64,000 bases of DNA from an uncultured Verrucomicrobiae bacterium (GCA_963769025.1 CAVYKI010000012.1:1-64000), one strand, 5' to 3'. Positions 10,819 through 21,521 are shown, counted from the stretch's first letter. Numbers and translations: made by a program. Notes: generated from the sequence alone by a model not told the origin.

Positions 10819-11024
10819 GGGGTTGTGGCATTTGGGAGCGGGCGCTTCCTTTTAACACAAGGTATGGATGGGTCAACGTGAAACACACGGTTCCAACTTC
10901 TGGGAAATTGGACCCGTGCAGCCGCGGAGAATGCCGGTTCCGGAGCCCACGGACATGGTCGAGATCCCTCCGGAAGCAGCCACAGCACTCCTCCTCTGAA
11001 ACGCCTGAGTTTCGGCACCATTGC

Positions 11025-11040
11025 TGGCACTGGGAATGCT
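11025..11040 (+). promoter_or_regulatory. Sigma54 (RpoN) -24/-12 promoter
   Basis: TGGCACTGGGAATGCT has exact GG-N10-GC spacing and ends 22 nt upstream of the first pseudopilin ATG. Confidence 0.65.
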
Positions 11041-11062
11041 ATTTTCCATAGAAACCACTATC

Positions 11063-11603
11063 ATGACTCAGGCATTTAACGAGAGAGGCGGGACCAGCGG
11101 CCCAAACGAGGCAGCCGGGCGGAGCGCGCTCGGAAGACTGCGGCGCTTGCGCAGCCGCACGGGCATCCTGCTCGTTGAGGTGATGGTCGCGGCCGGGGTG
11201 CTCGCGATGGTCATCGTCGCCGGGACTCACGCACTGCTGACTGCCAACCGGATGGCCGCCGCTTCGAGGGTCTGGACCGGGGCGCGGGCCGCCGTCCAGC
11301 GGAACATCGACACCGCGCTCACCGTGACTTTCACACAGGCCTCTACACCGGCAATCCTCGCCTTCACGCCGGCAAACGGTCAGAGCGTGGGACGACGACG
11401 GCGGTTTCGACAACGCCATCCAGATCGCCGTCCAGGATAACGGGACGATGGTCGTCGCCACCGGCGTGATGACGCGCACGGTCACCGCCGTGGCAAACCC
11501 GGACAACGCGGACATCCGCCAGGTCACCTTCCGCTTGGACTACACCTACCAGAAACGGCCGCAAACCATCTCCATGACGACCATGCGGAGCATCGACGAC
11601 TGA
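11063..11603 (+). CDS. Type IV pilin/pseudopilin-like protein (PilV-like); frameshift near 11390
   Basis: Class III signal RRLRSRTG|ILLVEVMVAAGVL with E at +5. The second frame ends ...IRQVTFRLDY...MTTMRSIDD*. Confidence 0.7.
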
Positions 11604-11604
11604 C

Positions 11605-12499
11605 ATGAAAAATTCCTTCCGCCGCCGCCGCCTTTTGGGCGCTTCGCTCATGGAGATGACGCTTTATCTCGGCATCGCCGCTGCGCTCTCCGGCGTCACA
11701 TACGGATTTTTGCGCAGCACCACGATGCTTTACGCAAAAAACGCATCCATCGTTCGTTCGCACACCAGTCTGCGGAGCGTCCTCGACCGGCTCTCGAACA
11801 ATCTCCAGCAGGCCAACAGCCTGCCCGTGCTCATCACCACGACCGGCGCTTCCAGCGCCGCCCCTTCTTCGGGCCTCTACTACGATCGCTACCTCGGCGA
11901 TCCCTACGTCGTTTCAAACCCCTCAGGAACCGGACTCCCGTCGAGCACCGTCACCGTCACCCTCACCCGGTCCACGGATGCGAATGCATCGCCGCCGATT
12001 CCGGCAGCGGGCGACGCCGTGTTGATCGACGATCCGAACGGCGCAGTGCGCGCGCTTGTTTCCACGGTCACCGCAGGCGCCATCAACGGCGTCACCAAGC
12101 AACAGCCGATCACAATCACCCTCACCGCGGCGCTTGGGGAGGACGATCAGCTGGTCCCCGCCGGAGATCCGCACGGCCAAGCTCGTGCATCGGGAAGCGT
12201 TCATCGTGGTGCCGGTGGGAGACCGCTCGGAGTTCCGGTACTTCCGCAATTTCGAGCCGATGCCCGTGCTGACCAATCCCGCCAACTACCGGGTGCTCTC
12301 GAACCAATTCAGCATGATGCCCGGTGAAACGACGCCGTTCTCCATCGACATGATCGGCTCGGATCGAATCGTCCGCGCGAGCCTGTTTGCGCGCAGCACC
12401 GAATTCAGCACCTGGCTGGCCGACAAGCAGGCCAACAATTTCAACACTTTCGTGCGTCTCAACGCCTCGCTCGGCTCACGACTTCGTCCCAAGCAATAA
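11605..12499 (+). CDS. Pseudopilin-like protein (PilW/GspJ-like); frameshift near 12140
   Basis: Class III signal RRRRLLG|ASLMEMTLYLGI; joins ORFs 11605-12327 and 12056-12499. Confidence 0.65.
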
Positions 12500-12514
12500 C
12501 CACCCCCGTACCTT

Positions 12515-14478
12515 ATGAATACCGCACTTGTTCCAAACCGTGAAGCAGGCGTGCCCGGCTCGCTGATGGGTTCAAAATTCAGCCCGTCGGGACGGCACCG
12601 CGGCAGCGCCCTCATCGCCGCCATGATCACCGTCGTCGCCGTGACGGCGGTCGTTGGCGTCACGTTCGTCTCCACCACCGACGCCACCCGGATGGGCGGA
12701 CGCGCCAAGGACTTCGCTTCCACCCAGCAGGCCGCCGAGGCGGCGGTGGAGTACGGCTACGGCATCTGGAAGCGGCGCATCTTTATCGCCAATGGCGCAA
12801 TATCCACACTCGCGGCGAATGCCAGTCTCGTCGGGTCCCGACGCTCCCGGGGATTTCCTATCAGAACGCAGCAAACAACGGACTGCTGAAAATCGCTGCC
12901 ACGGATGAGTTCGGTGCGCCGGTGACCGACCTCACGAAGCCCCCTACCCGTGTCGCGGTGAGCCTCAATGACTATCCGGGATGGCGCGGCTATGCCTCCA
13001 GCTACCTCGTGAGCGCCAAGGTGGACTCGGTCGGCCAGGTCGGCGCCCTCGCGAGCGCCGGTGTCCGCCGCCGGTTCCAGTATGTCGAGGTGCCGATTTT
13101 CCAGATGATGTTCTTCTTTCAGAACAACATGGAATTCTACCGGCCCGCTACGATGATCGTCGGCGGGCTCGTCCATACGAACTCGAGCCTCTGGGCAAGT
13201 TCCTCCTCCTCGGGGACGCTGACCTTTACCGGCAACGTATCGTACGCAGGCAACTATTCGACGACGCAGGATCCGCCATACGCGAGCGCGTGGAGCGGGT
13301 GGTCGGCGAATGCGCAAATCAAGCCGACCTATCCCAATGGCGAGGCCAATCAGGTCACCAAGGTCCCGGCGGCCCAGCCGATGGGCGTTTCCCTGACCAC
13401 CGTTTTCAACACCCTCGATGCGAACCCGAATAACGACGGATACAGGGAAATCATCGAAATGCCGGTGGCCGGCTTCACGGATCCCGCGGAGGTCGCCTCG
13501 CGCCGAATGTTCAACAAGGCGGGCCTCGTCGTTTCCATCGTCGGCACGACCGCGACGGTCATCCCGCAAAACGGCACGGTGGTCACCCCTGCGCAACTGC
13601 TCGCCGTCCAGACCGCCTTCACGGGCAAGACCACGATTTACGATCAGCGCGAAGGAAAGTCCGTGGACGTCGCCAACATCGACGTTTCGAAACTGACGCC
13701 CACCTTGAACACGCTGAGCACATCCGGTGGCTTCAACGGCGTGCTGTATGTCGTGGATAATACGCCGGTCGTCCCGGCCACCCCGTACGTTCCGGCCGTG
13801 ATTGCTGACCCGAAAAAAGGCATTGTCGGTTCCCCTGCCATTCCCGCCAACCCGGGTTCCCCGAACGTCAAGACCGTCCGCCTCCAGAACGGCGGCGTCC
13901 TGCCGGATAGCGGCCTGACCATCGCCAGCCAGAATCCCGTCTACATCCAAGGCGACTACAACACCGGCACGAACGCTGCGAACGCCCCGACGAAGGTGCC
14001 CGCGAATTCCACCGGCAACCCGAACAACACCGACAGCCCGACCGTGCCCGGCTACACGCGGAAGCCGTCTGCCGTCATGGGCGACGCCGTGATGTTCCTC
14101 TCGAACGGATGGAGCGACGGGAATTCCTCCAGTTCGCTGAGCAACCGCCAGGCGACGAACACCACCTTCAACACCGCCGTCATGGCCGGCTTCATGCCCT
14201 CGGGTTACCAGCCCGCATCCGGCGCACAATACGGCTACTCCGGCGGCGCGAACAATTTCCCGCGCTTCCTCGAGGACTGGTCGGGCAACTCCTGCACCTA
14301 CTACGGCTCGATGGTCGAGCTCTTCGAGAGCAATTCCTTCACCGGCAAGTGGGACACCGGCAACATCTTCTCCCCGCCGTACCGCCGCTGGAACTACGAC
14401 ACGAACTTCTCGACCAATTCACCTCCCGGAGGCCTGAACGCGGTCGTCTATACCCGCGGCTCGTGGGCCCGGTATTGA
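12515..14478 (+). CDS. Large PilX/GspK-type pseudopilin with beta-rich C-terminal domain; frameshift near 12840
   Basis: RHRG|SALIAAMITVV (no E+5, as in PilX/GspK) and QAAEAAVEYG helix. C-terminus has NPVYIQGDYN, GGANNFPRFLEDW and PYRRWNYD. Confidence 0.7.
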
Positions 14479-14502
14479 AATCCCTCATCTGAAATCCTGC
14501 AC

Positions 14503-15090
14503 ATGAAAATACACGTCAGCCTGCTCCTCGCCTTCAGCGCGCTCTCCGCACCGGCGCTCGATCTGAGTCCCCAATACGTCAACACGGAATCCGACGGCGT
14601 CACCATCCGCCGCCCGTACTTTGCCGACGGCGGCAAGAAGTATTCGGTGACGCTCAACATCGAGACCGAACTGCTGCCCTACGAGGACGGCGCGCTGTTC
14701 CGGTTCGTCAAAGTCAAAGGCGCCGAGATGCGCCTGCGGCCGTCGTCGTTCGGCGTGGAGATGAAGTTCGACGATGAAAACGCGGATCGCTACCGGCAGG
14801 CCGCGCGCAAGCTCCTGCCGCAGATCGCCGAGTCCGTGGTCCTCGAACACGAGACGCCGAATCCGCTGCCCATCAACGGATGGCAGAGCCAGCGCTTTGT
14901 CTTCAAATACAAGACCACCGCCGGCGAAGTCCGCGAGAGCATCACCTTCCTGAACATCACCCCCACGCAGCAGGTCATCGTGCAGGTGTATGCGCCGGAA
15001 AAGGATTTCGCCGACGCCTCGGACCGCGCCTGGGACATCATCCGCCGCTGGCACGAATTGAAGCCCGAAGCCGTCCTCCGCGGGAGCTGA
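14503..15090 (+). CDS. Exported hypothetical protein
   Basis: Sec signal MKIHVSLLLAFSALSAPALD; host-like codon usage. Confidence 0.7.
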   Translation: MKIHVSLLLAFSALSAPALDLSPQYVNTESDGVTIRRPYFADGGKKYSVTLNIETELLPYEDGALFRFVKVKGAEMRLRPSSFGVEMKFDDENADRYRQAARKLLPQIAESVVLEHETPNPLPINGWQSQRFVFKYKTTAGEVRESITFLNITPTQQVIVQVYAPEKDFADASDRAWDIIRRWHELKPEAVLRGS

Positions 15091-15224
15091 CCGGCGGACG
15101 CTGCGCCTCGGACCGATTCGCCCGGAGAAAAGCCGGCGGCACCCGCGAGGGCGATCTTGCGATGCCGGGTCGGGCGGAACTCGACACGCATCGGGCGGGG
15201 TCGCTAGCGTGCGCGGACCAACCG

Positions 15225-16613
15225 ATGAATCCAGCCGTCCGACACGTCCACTTTTTGGGAATCTGCGGCTCGGCGATGGGAGCCGTGGCGGCGGCGATGC
15301 GCGAACAAGGATTTGCGGTCACCGGCTCGGACGAAAAGGTGTATCCGCCGATGTCGGATTTCCTGAAGGCGCGCGGCATTCCGATCCTGGAGGGGTATCG
15401 CGGCGAAAACATTCCGGCGAACACGGATCTCGTCGTGGTGGGAAATGCGATTTCGCGCGGCAACGCGGAGCTCGAGGAAGTGCTGAACCGGCGGCTGTGC
15501 TACCAGTCGCTTCCCGAGACGCTGCGGCATTATTTTCTGCGCGGCCGGCGCAATCTCGTCGTGGCGGGCACGCACGGAAAGACGACGACCGCGGCGATGC
15601 TCACGCACATCCTCAACACGGGCGGGCTGAACCCGGCTTACATGATCGGCGGCATCGCCGAGGATCTCGGCCAAGGCGCGAGCCTGCACGATTCGAAGTA
15701 TGTGGTACTCGAGGGCGACGAGTATGACACGGCGTTTTTCGACAAGGGGCCGAAGTTCGCGCATTACCTGCCGGACCTCGCGATCCTGAATGCGGTGGAA
15801 CTCGACCAGCTCGACATCTATCCGGATCTCTCGGCGGTGAAGAAGGCGTTCGGCCTGCTCATGCGCGTGCTGCCGGCAAATGGACTGCTCATTTTCAACG
15901 CGGACGATCGCAACGCCTGCGACGTGGCGGAGCCGGCGCGGGTGAAGGCGAAGCTGGCGGTGGGCCTCGGCTCCTCGGCGAAATTGCGCGCGACGGCGGT
16001 GCGGCACGAGCCTGCGGGTTCGCACTTCACGCTGCTCGGCACGGAGTTTTCGCTGCCGATGGTCGGCGAAATCTATGTGCGCAATGCGGCGATGGCGATC
16101 GCGGCGGCGGAGCATTGCGGCGTGGCGCACGAGGCGATGCAGAAGGCGCTCGCCGGATTTCGTGGCGTGCGGCGGCGGCAGGTGCTGCGCGGGGAACGGA
16201 ACGGGATCCGGATCGTCGAGGACTTCGGCAAGCACCCGACGAACATCCGCGAGACGATCAAGGCGCTGCGCTTCCGCTTTCCCGGCGCGCGCGTGTGGGC
16301 GGCGGTGGATCCGCGGTCGAGCACGATGTGCCGGTCGGCGATCCAGCAGGCGCTGATGGCGGCGGTGGCGCACGCGGACGGCGTGCTCATCAGCGCGGTG
16401 GACCGGCCCGAGCGGTTCCGCTCCGGCGAGGCGCTCGACCCAGAAGGAATGGCGCACGAACTCGCCGCGCGCGGGATGCCGGCATTCGCGGAGCCGGGGC
16501 CGGATGCGATCGTGGAACGCCTGCGCGAGGTGGCAAAGCCGGGCGATGTGGTGGTGCTTTTCAGCAGCGGGAGCTTCGGCGGGATCTACGAGAAGCTGCT
16601 GGCGGGACTTTAA
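15225..16613 (+). CDS. mpl: UDP-MurNAc:L-Ala-gamma-D-Glu-mDAP ligase (murein peptide ligase)
   Basis: HFLGICGSAMG, GSD..VYPPMS, GNAISRGNAE, GTHGKTTT, EGDEYDTAFFDK.PKF..Y, and F.GVRRR motifs. Confidence 0.9.
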   Translation: MNPAVRHVHFLGICGSAMGAVAAAMREQGFAVTGSDEKVYPPMSDFLKARGIPILEGYRGENIPANTDLVVVGNAISRGNAELEEVLNRRLCYQSLPETLRHYFLRGRRNLVVAGTHGKTTTAAMLTHILNTGGLNPAYMIGGIAEDLGQGASLHDSKYVVLEGDEYDTAFFDKGPKFAHYLPDLAILNAVELDQLDIYPDLSAVKKAFGLLMRVLPANGLLIFNADDRNACDVAEPARVKAKLAVGLGSSAKLRATAVRHEPAGSHFTLLGTEFSLPMVGEIYVRNAAMAIAAAEHCGVAHEAMQKALAGFRGVRRRQVLRGERNGIRIVEDFGKHPTNIRETIKALRFRFPGARVWAAVDPRSSTMCRSAIQQALMAAVAHADGVLISAVDRPERFRSGEALDPEGMAHELAARGMPAFAEPGPDAIVERLREVAKPGDVVVLFSSGSFGGIYEKLLAGL

Positions 16614-16715
16614 CGGCGAGCCGCGAATCCGCAGAGGGACAAACGCGGTACACATTCGGCCAAATTCAGGGTTTGCGTGATCGCCGCCCGCGACTAATTG
16701 AAACGCCTCCAATCT

Positions 16716-17873
16716 ATGAACCTCACCCGCACAGCCTACGGCACCTGGAACGGCGGCCGATACATGCACTTCGGCGAAGCCATCGACGAGGCGCGCTTCG
16801 ACGCCTGCATCCGCCACGCCTACGACAAGGGCATCCGCACTTTCATGACCGCCGACGTGTACGGAAACGGAGCCGCTGACGAGGCGGTGGGCCGGTCGCT
16901 CGCCGGCGTGCCGCGCGACAGCTACTGCCTCGTGGGCATCATCGGACACGACTTTTACGGCGGCGCGCGCGACGGGCAAAAGGGCTTCCCGCGCTTCACC
17001 GATCCGCGCCTTCGCCAGCCGCGGGATTTTCCGGAGTACGTGCGCATGGCCACGGAGCGCGCGCTCGCACGATGCAAGACGGATCGTTTCGACTGCCTGA
17101 TGCTGCACAATCCCGACAGCATCGGCTATTCGCAGGACCAGGTGTGGAAGGCGATGGCGCGGATGCAGGAGGAGAAAATGACCGAGCTGATCGGCGTCGC
17201 GCCCGGGCCGGCGAACGGCTTCACGCTCGACCTGCTGCTGTGCTTCGAGCGCTTCGCGCCGCTGCTCGACTGGGCGATGATCATCCTGAATCCGCTCGAG
17301 CCGTGGCCCGGCAACATGGCGCTCCCCGCGGCGCGCAAGCACGACATCGACCTGATCACCCGCGTGGTGGATTACGGCGGCCTTTTCCACGACGACGTGA
17401 AGCCCGGGCATACCTTCGGCACGCGGGACCATCGCACCTTCCGCCCGGCAGGCTGGGTCGAGGCGGGCAGCGCAAAAATCGAGGCCATCCGCCCCATCGC
17501 GGAAAAGCACGGCCTCACGATGCTGCAACTCGCCTGCGCGTGGAATCTCAGCCAGTCGCCGGTGAAGAGCGTCATCCCCACGCTCATCCAGGAAGTCGCG
17601 CAGGTGAACGGCGTCACGCCGAAGACCATCGAGCAAAAGATCGAGGAACTCGCCGCGCTGCCGGACGTGACCTTGAGCGCCGACGAAATCGCGCGCATCG
17701 CCGAGGTCGGCAACAATAAGGGCTGCATGGAGTTGAAGGGCGGCAACCCGGGCTTCACCGGCGACCCGCTCCCCGACCGTTGGCCATTGAACGACGAACT
17801 GCTCGAAATCGCCGCCCGCTGGAAGATCGAGCCCGCCCGGGACCTGACCTGCACCCACGCGACCGCGGCCTGA
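16716..17873 (+). CDS. Aldo/keto reductase family protein
   Basis: GTW, TADVYG.G, ERALARCKTDRFDCLMLHNPD, LQLACAW...VIP. Confidence 0.85.
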   Translation: MNLTRTAYGTWNGGRYMHFGEAIDEARFDACIRHAYDKGIRTFMTADVYGNGAADEAVGRSLAGVPRDSYCLVGIIGHDFYGGARDGQKGFPRFTDPRLRQPRDFPEYVRMATERALARCKTDRFDCLMLHNPDSIGYSQDQVWKAMARMQEEKMTELIGVAPGPANGFTLDLLLCFERFAPLLDWAMIILNPLEPWPGNMALPAARKHDIDLITRVVDYGGLFHDDVKPGHTFGTRDHRTFRPAGWVEAGSAKIEAIRPIAEKHGLTMLQLACAWNLSQSPVKSVIPTLIQEVAQVNGVTPKTIEQKIEELAALPDVTLSADEIARIAEVGNNKGCMELKGGNPGFTGDPLPDRWPLNDELLEIAARWKIEPARDLTCTHATAA

Positions 17874-18159
17874 CGGTGCGCGCGTGCGACCTTTGAATGA
17901 GCGCCGGGTGGTCGGCACCTGCCTGATAAAAACTTCGTTCCCGCCCGAGCCGTCCGGAATGCGCCAGGTTCCGCATTCACCGTCTCCGGACTGAAGACGT
18001 TTCTGCATTTCGCGCCCGTGCATCCTCTGAAGGCACAACGACGTAGTGAAAAACCGCACAAGACCACCGCGACCCCCGGCGTGGAAACGCGGTGAAGCAT
18101 CCGAAATCCGGCGGGATTTCCACTTTACACATGCCGGGAGGTCGATAAAGATTAACAAC

Positions 18160-18855
18160 TTGAAGAACGGGTCAGCCACATTCCCCCTAGCAGTTCTTGC
18201 GCTCCTTGCATGCGCATGGATTTTGCCGTCGGCGCGGGTCGAAGGTGCGATTGTGAATGGCGATTTCGAGCTGGGGGCAAACCAGAACAGCGGAGTCTGG
18301 GAAGCACCGATGACCTTTTGGACCATCTCCGCCCCGGATATTTTTAACAACGTCGTTGGGGTGGATACCGCCGTTCAGTATGCGCTCGCACCGCATTCGG
18401 CGAATATCGCCGCGGCATTCTCCTCGGACACAGATGCGACCGGAGCCGGCGCGAGCCTCTCGCAGATGGCCTCCACGCTACCGATACTGACTTACGACGT
18501 GAGCCTTTGGGTCGCGAACCCGATTCAGGATGCCGCGAACTTCAACAACGTCTTTTCCATCAGTTGGAACGGGCAGCTGATCTCCCTCTCAAATCCCTAT
18601 CTGACTGAGACGGCCTCCGGATCGAAAATGTATGTGGTCACCCCATCGACACCGTGGTTCCAACTGGTGGTCACGAATCTCCCGGTGACAGGGGCGATGA
18701 CGGAGCTGAAGATCAGCGCGAGGAACAACGATTGGGCGACGCTCGTGGACGACGTAATCGTCGAGCCAACGCCGGAGCCGTCCACAGTGGTGATGCTCTG
18801 CGCGGGCGCGGCACTCCTCGGAGCGCGTCGCAGGCGTCAGCAACGGGTCTCCTGA
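18160..18855 (+). CDS. PEP-CTERM sorting domain protein with carbohydrate-binding-like domain
   Basis: Signal peptide then IVNGDFE; C-terminus TPEPSTVVMLCAGAALLGARRRR. TTG start at 18160 inferred. Confidence 0.85.
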   Translation: MKNGSATFPLAVLALLACAWILPSARVEGAIVNGDFELGANQNSGVWEAPMTFWTISAPDIFNNVVGVDTAVQYALAPHSANIAAAFSSDTDATGAGASLSQMASTLPILTYDVSLWVANPIQDAANFNNVFSISWNGQLISLSNPYLTETASGSKMYVVTPSTPWFQLVVTNLPVTGAMTELKISARNNDWATLVDDVIVEPTPEPSTVVMLCAGAALLGARRRRQQRVS

Positions 18856-18911
18856 TCATTCGGGGCCCAGATGCGCCCCCAAGTGCCGCACGGGCACCGC
18901 TTCGATCTGAC

Positions 18912-19466
18912 CTACCCTAGCACCGCCCGGATCTCCGCCTCGCGGGCGCGATGTGCGGCATCGTCCATCACCGGGGTGAAAATGACACCGCTAGGAAGCT
19001 CCGGGAGCGGAATCCAGGACCGGCAGCCGCCGAATTTCGGCGAGTCCGCGAAGACAAACGGGGCACTCAATTTCTCCACGCGCACAAACGCGACGCTCAC
19101 GCCGGGCTTCCCCTTTTCCTCCTCGTAACGGAAGCGCTTCTCGATTTCCGAGTCCTGCCAGATGTGAAACCCCGCGAGCTGTCGCACGATTTCAAGGTCC
19201 GCCACATCCCGGGTCCACTCCACGCGCACCCGGAGCGTGATCTCGTGCCGCCCATCACCGCGCTGCGCCAGGAGAAGGGTGCCCGGCGGCAGCTTCAGCT
19301 TCGCGACCTGCTCGTGGAACAGCGTCGGGAAAAGGAAGAATTCCGGATGCTGAAAACGAAAGCCCGCGCGTCCCTCGGCGATGCCGCCCTTGCGGATGAT
19401 GATGCTTTGCATGCCGCTCCCGAGCGCGTCGCACACCAACGTCCATTCTTTGAAACCAATGCTCAT
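18912..19466 (-). CDS. DUF1802 family protein
   Basis: FKEW..VC.AL..G.Q.II.RKGGI.EG, F.LFPT.FH, and GGCRSWI motifs. Confidence 0.85.
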   Translation of the reverse strand: MSIGFKEWTLVCDALGSGMQSIIIRKGGIAEGRAGFRFQHPEFFLFPTLFHEQVAKLKLPPGTLLLAQRGDGRHEITLRVRVEWTRDVADLEIVRQLAGFHIWQDSEIEKRFRYEEEKGKPGVSVAFVRVEKLSAPFVFADSPKFGGCRSWIPLPELPSGVIFTPVMDDAAHRAREAEIRAVLG

Positions 19467-19568
19467 TCCCCGGAATAAAGGATGCGCGCCGTGCGACGCA
19501 AGGATCCCGGTTCACGCCGATGCACGCGCCACTTGCATCCGGCGGCCCTTCGCAGCCATCTTCTGCGG

Positions 19569-20270
19569 GTGTCCCTCCACCTCGACCTCCATTGCCATTC
19601 GTGGTTCTCCGGCGATGGCGTGAGCAGCCCGGAGGCGTTGATCGCCAGCGCGCGGAGCAAAGGCCTGCACGGTTTCGCCATCACGGATCACAACACCTGC
19701 GACGCCTACCACTACATGGTGGACCATGGTCTTGCGCGCACAGACGGGTTGCCGGTGGATGGATTCCTCGTCATCCCCGGCGTCGAAGTCTCCACCTCGG
19801 AGGGTCACCTCCTTTGCATCGGCACCGTGCTTCCGCAGATGAAAGGCGAACCCGCCGCCGCAGTCGCGCGCGCTGTGCGGGCCGCGGGCGGGCTGGCAAT
19901 CCCGGCACATCCGTACGATCGCTTTCGCGCCGGCATCCGCGGGGCCACGCTCGAGACGCTGGAGGTGGACGCCATCGAGGTCTTCAACGCCGCGATTTCC
20001 CACCACAGCTACAACGACAAGGCGCTCGCATTCGCCAAAAACCGCGGCCTGCCGATGATCGCCGCGAGCGACGCCCACCACGAGGCGGCCATCGGCACGA
20101 GCCACATGATTTTCGAGACCCAGGATTTCACCGTCCGGGCCATCCTCTCCGAAATCGTGAAGGGCGCGCGCCGCCACGAACAGCTCCTCTCCTTCCGCGA
20201 CAAGCTGCGCAAGACGCTGAACAACTGGTTCCGCCTCCGCCGGACCCGCAGCTACACCGCGAAAGCGTAG
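19569..20270 (+). CDS. PHP domain metal-dependent phosphoesterase
   Basis: DLHCHS..SGDG, AITDHN, GVEVST..GH, AHP, SDAH. GTG start inferred. Confidence 0.88.
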   Translation: MSLHLDLHCHSWFSGDGVSSPEALIASARSKGLHGFAITDHNTCDAYHYMVDHGLARTDGLPVDGFLVIPGVEVSTSEGHLLCIGTVLPQMKGEPAAAVARAVRAAGGLAIPAHPYDRFRAGIRGATLETLEVDAIEVFNAAISHHSYNDKALAFAKNRGLPMIAASDAHHEAAIGTSHMIFETQDFTVRAILSEIVKGARRHEQLLSFRDKLRKTLNNWFRLRRTRSYTAKA

Positions 20271-20273
20271 CCG

Positions 20274-21449
20274 TTACGCGAGCCGCACCGCGCGCGTCTT
20301 GTCGAGCTTCAGCACGTCGCCGTGGTTGAACGCGGGCGCCGCCTTCGCATCGCCCACCTTCTCGCCGCGGAGCTGGATGCTCCCCTGCTCCACCAGCCTG
20401 CGCGCGTCGCCGCGCGATTTCGTGATCGAGAAACATTGCGCGTAGGCGGCGACGACGACGCTGATGATGTCCGGCTGCAAGCCCGCGAGCGGCAGCGCCG
20501 GCAGGTCGGCGTGATCGAGATCCTTTTTTGAAAAGCGCGTCTCAAATTCCTCGCGTGCCGCCCGTGCCGCCTCCTCGCTGTGGTATCGTGCGACGATCCG
20601 CGTCGCGAGCTGCTTCTTCGCCTCCATCGGGTGAATGTCCGGCACCGGCTCGCAGAGCAGCAGCTCGTAGTAACGCGCCATGAGCGTGTCGCCGATGCTC
20701 ATCAGTTTTCCGAACATCATCTCCGGCGCCTCCGCCACGCCGACGTAATTGCCCAGGCTCTTGGACATCTTGTTCACGCCATCCAGCCCCTCGAGCAGCG
20801 GCAGCAGAAAGACGACCTGCTCACACTGCCCTTCCTCGCGCTGGAGCGAACGTCCGACGAGGCAGTTGAAAAGCTGATCCGTGCCACCGATTTCCACGTC
20901 CGCCCTGATCATCACCGAATCCCAGCCCTGCATGATCGGGTACTGGATCTCGTGAAGGTGCACCGGCTCGCCGTCGGCGAGGCGTTTCTTGAAATCCTCG
21001 CGCTGGAGCATCTGCTGCAGCGTCACCCGCGCGTTCAGCTTCATCACCGAGTCAAACGTCATCATCTCGAACCACTCGCCATTGAACACCACGCGCGTGC
21101 GCGACGGGTCGAGAATCTTGAACGCCTGCTGCTTGAACGTCGTCGCGTTCGCCATCACGTCGTCATGCGTGAGCTGCGGGCGCGCCTTCGAGCGACCGGA
21201 CGGGTCGCCGATCATCGCCGTGAAATCGCCGATGATGAGGATCGCCTGGTGCCCGAGGTCCTGGAACTGCCGGAGCTTCGAAAGGCCGACCGTGAAGCCG
21301 AGATGAATATCGGGTGCCGTCGGATCCACGCCGAGCTTCACATTCAGAGGGCGCCCAAGTCGCAGCTTCGCGAGCAATTCTTGATCGGAAATAATCTGCG
21401 CGGATCCGCGCTTCAGGATGTCGAGCTGTTCTTCGGGCGATTTCATCAT
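20274..21449 (-). CDS. tyrS: Tyrosine--tRNA ligase
   Basis: GVDPTAPDIHLG, GDFTAMIGDPSG, YPIMQGWD, GGTDQLFN, KMSKS, C-terminal S4-like domain. Confidence 0.97.
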   Translation of the reverse strand: MMKSPEEQLDILKRGSAQIISDQELLAKLRLGRPLNVKLGVDPTAPDIHLGFTVGLSKLRQFQDLGHQAILIIGDFTAMIGDPSGRSKARPQLTHDDVMANATTFKQQAFKILDPSRTRVVFNGEWFEMMTFDSVMKLNARVTLQQMLQREDFKKRLADGEPVHLHEIQYPIMQGWDSVMIRADVEIGGTDQLFNCLVGRSLQREEGQCEQVVFLLPLLEGLDGVNKMSKSLGNYVGVAEAPEMMFGKLMSIGDTLMARYYELLLCEPVPDIHPMEAKKQLATRIVARYHSEEAARAAREEFETRFSKKDLDHADLPALPLAGLQPDIISVVVAAYAQCFSITKSRGDARRLVEQGSIQLRGEKVGDAKAAPAFNHGDVLKLDKTRAVRLA

Positions 21450-21521
21450 TGGAAAAGAGCGCGCCTGGATATTCCCCCGGCGACCGACTGCAAGGCTGGA
21501 CTCCTCCCCATCGAATGCCCC

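Noticed and set aside
17874..18159. Riboswitch or sRNA upstream of the PEP-CTERM gene
   Set aside because: Only short hairpins; no recognisable aptamer consensus.
15204..18350. 1048-aa minus-strand ORF
   Set aside because: Antisense shadow of mpl and the aldo/keto reductase, common in high-GC DNA; no motifs.
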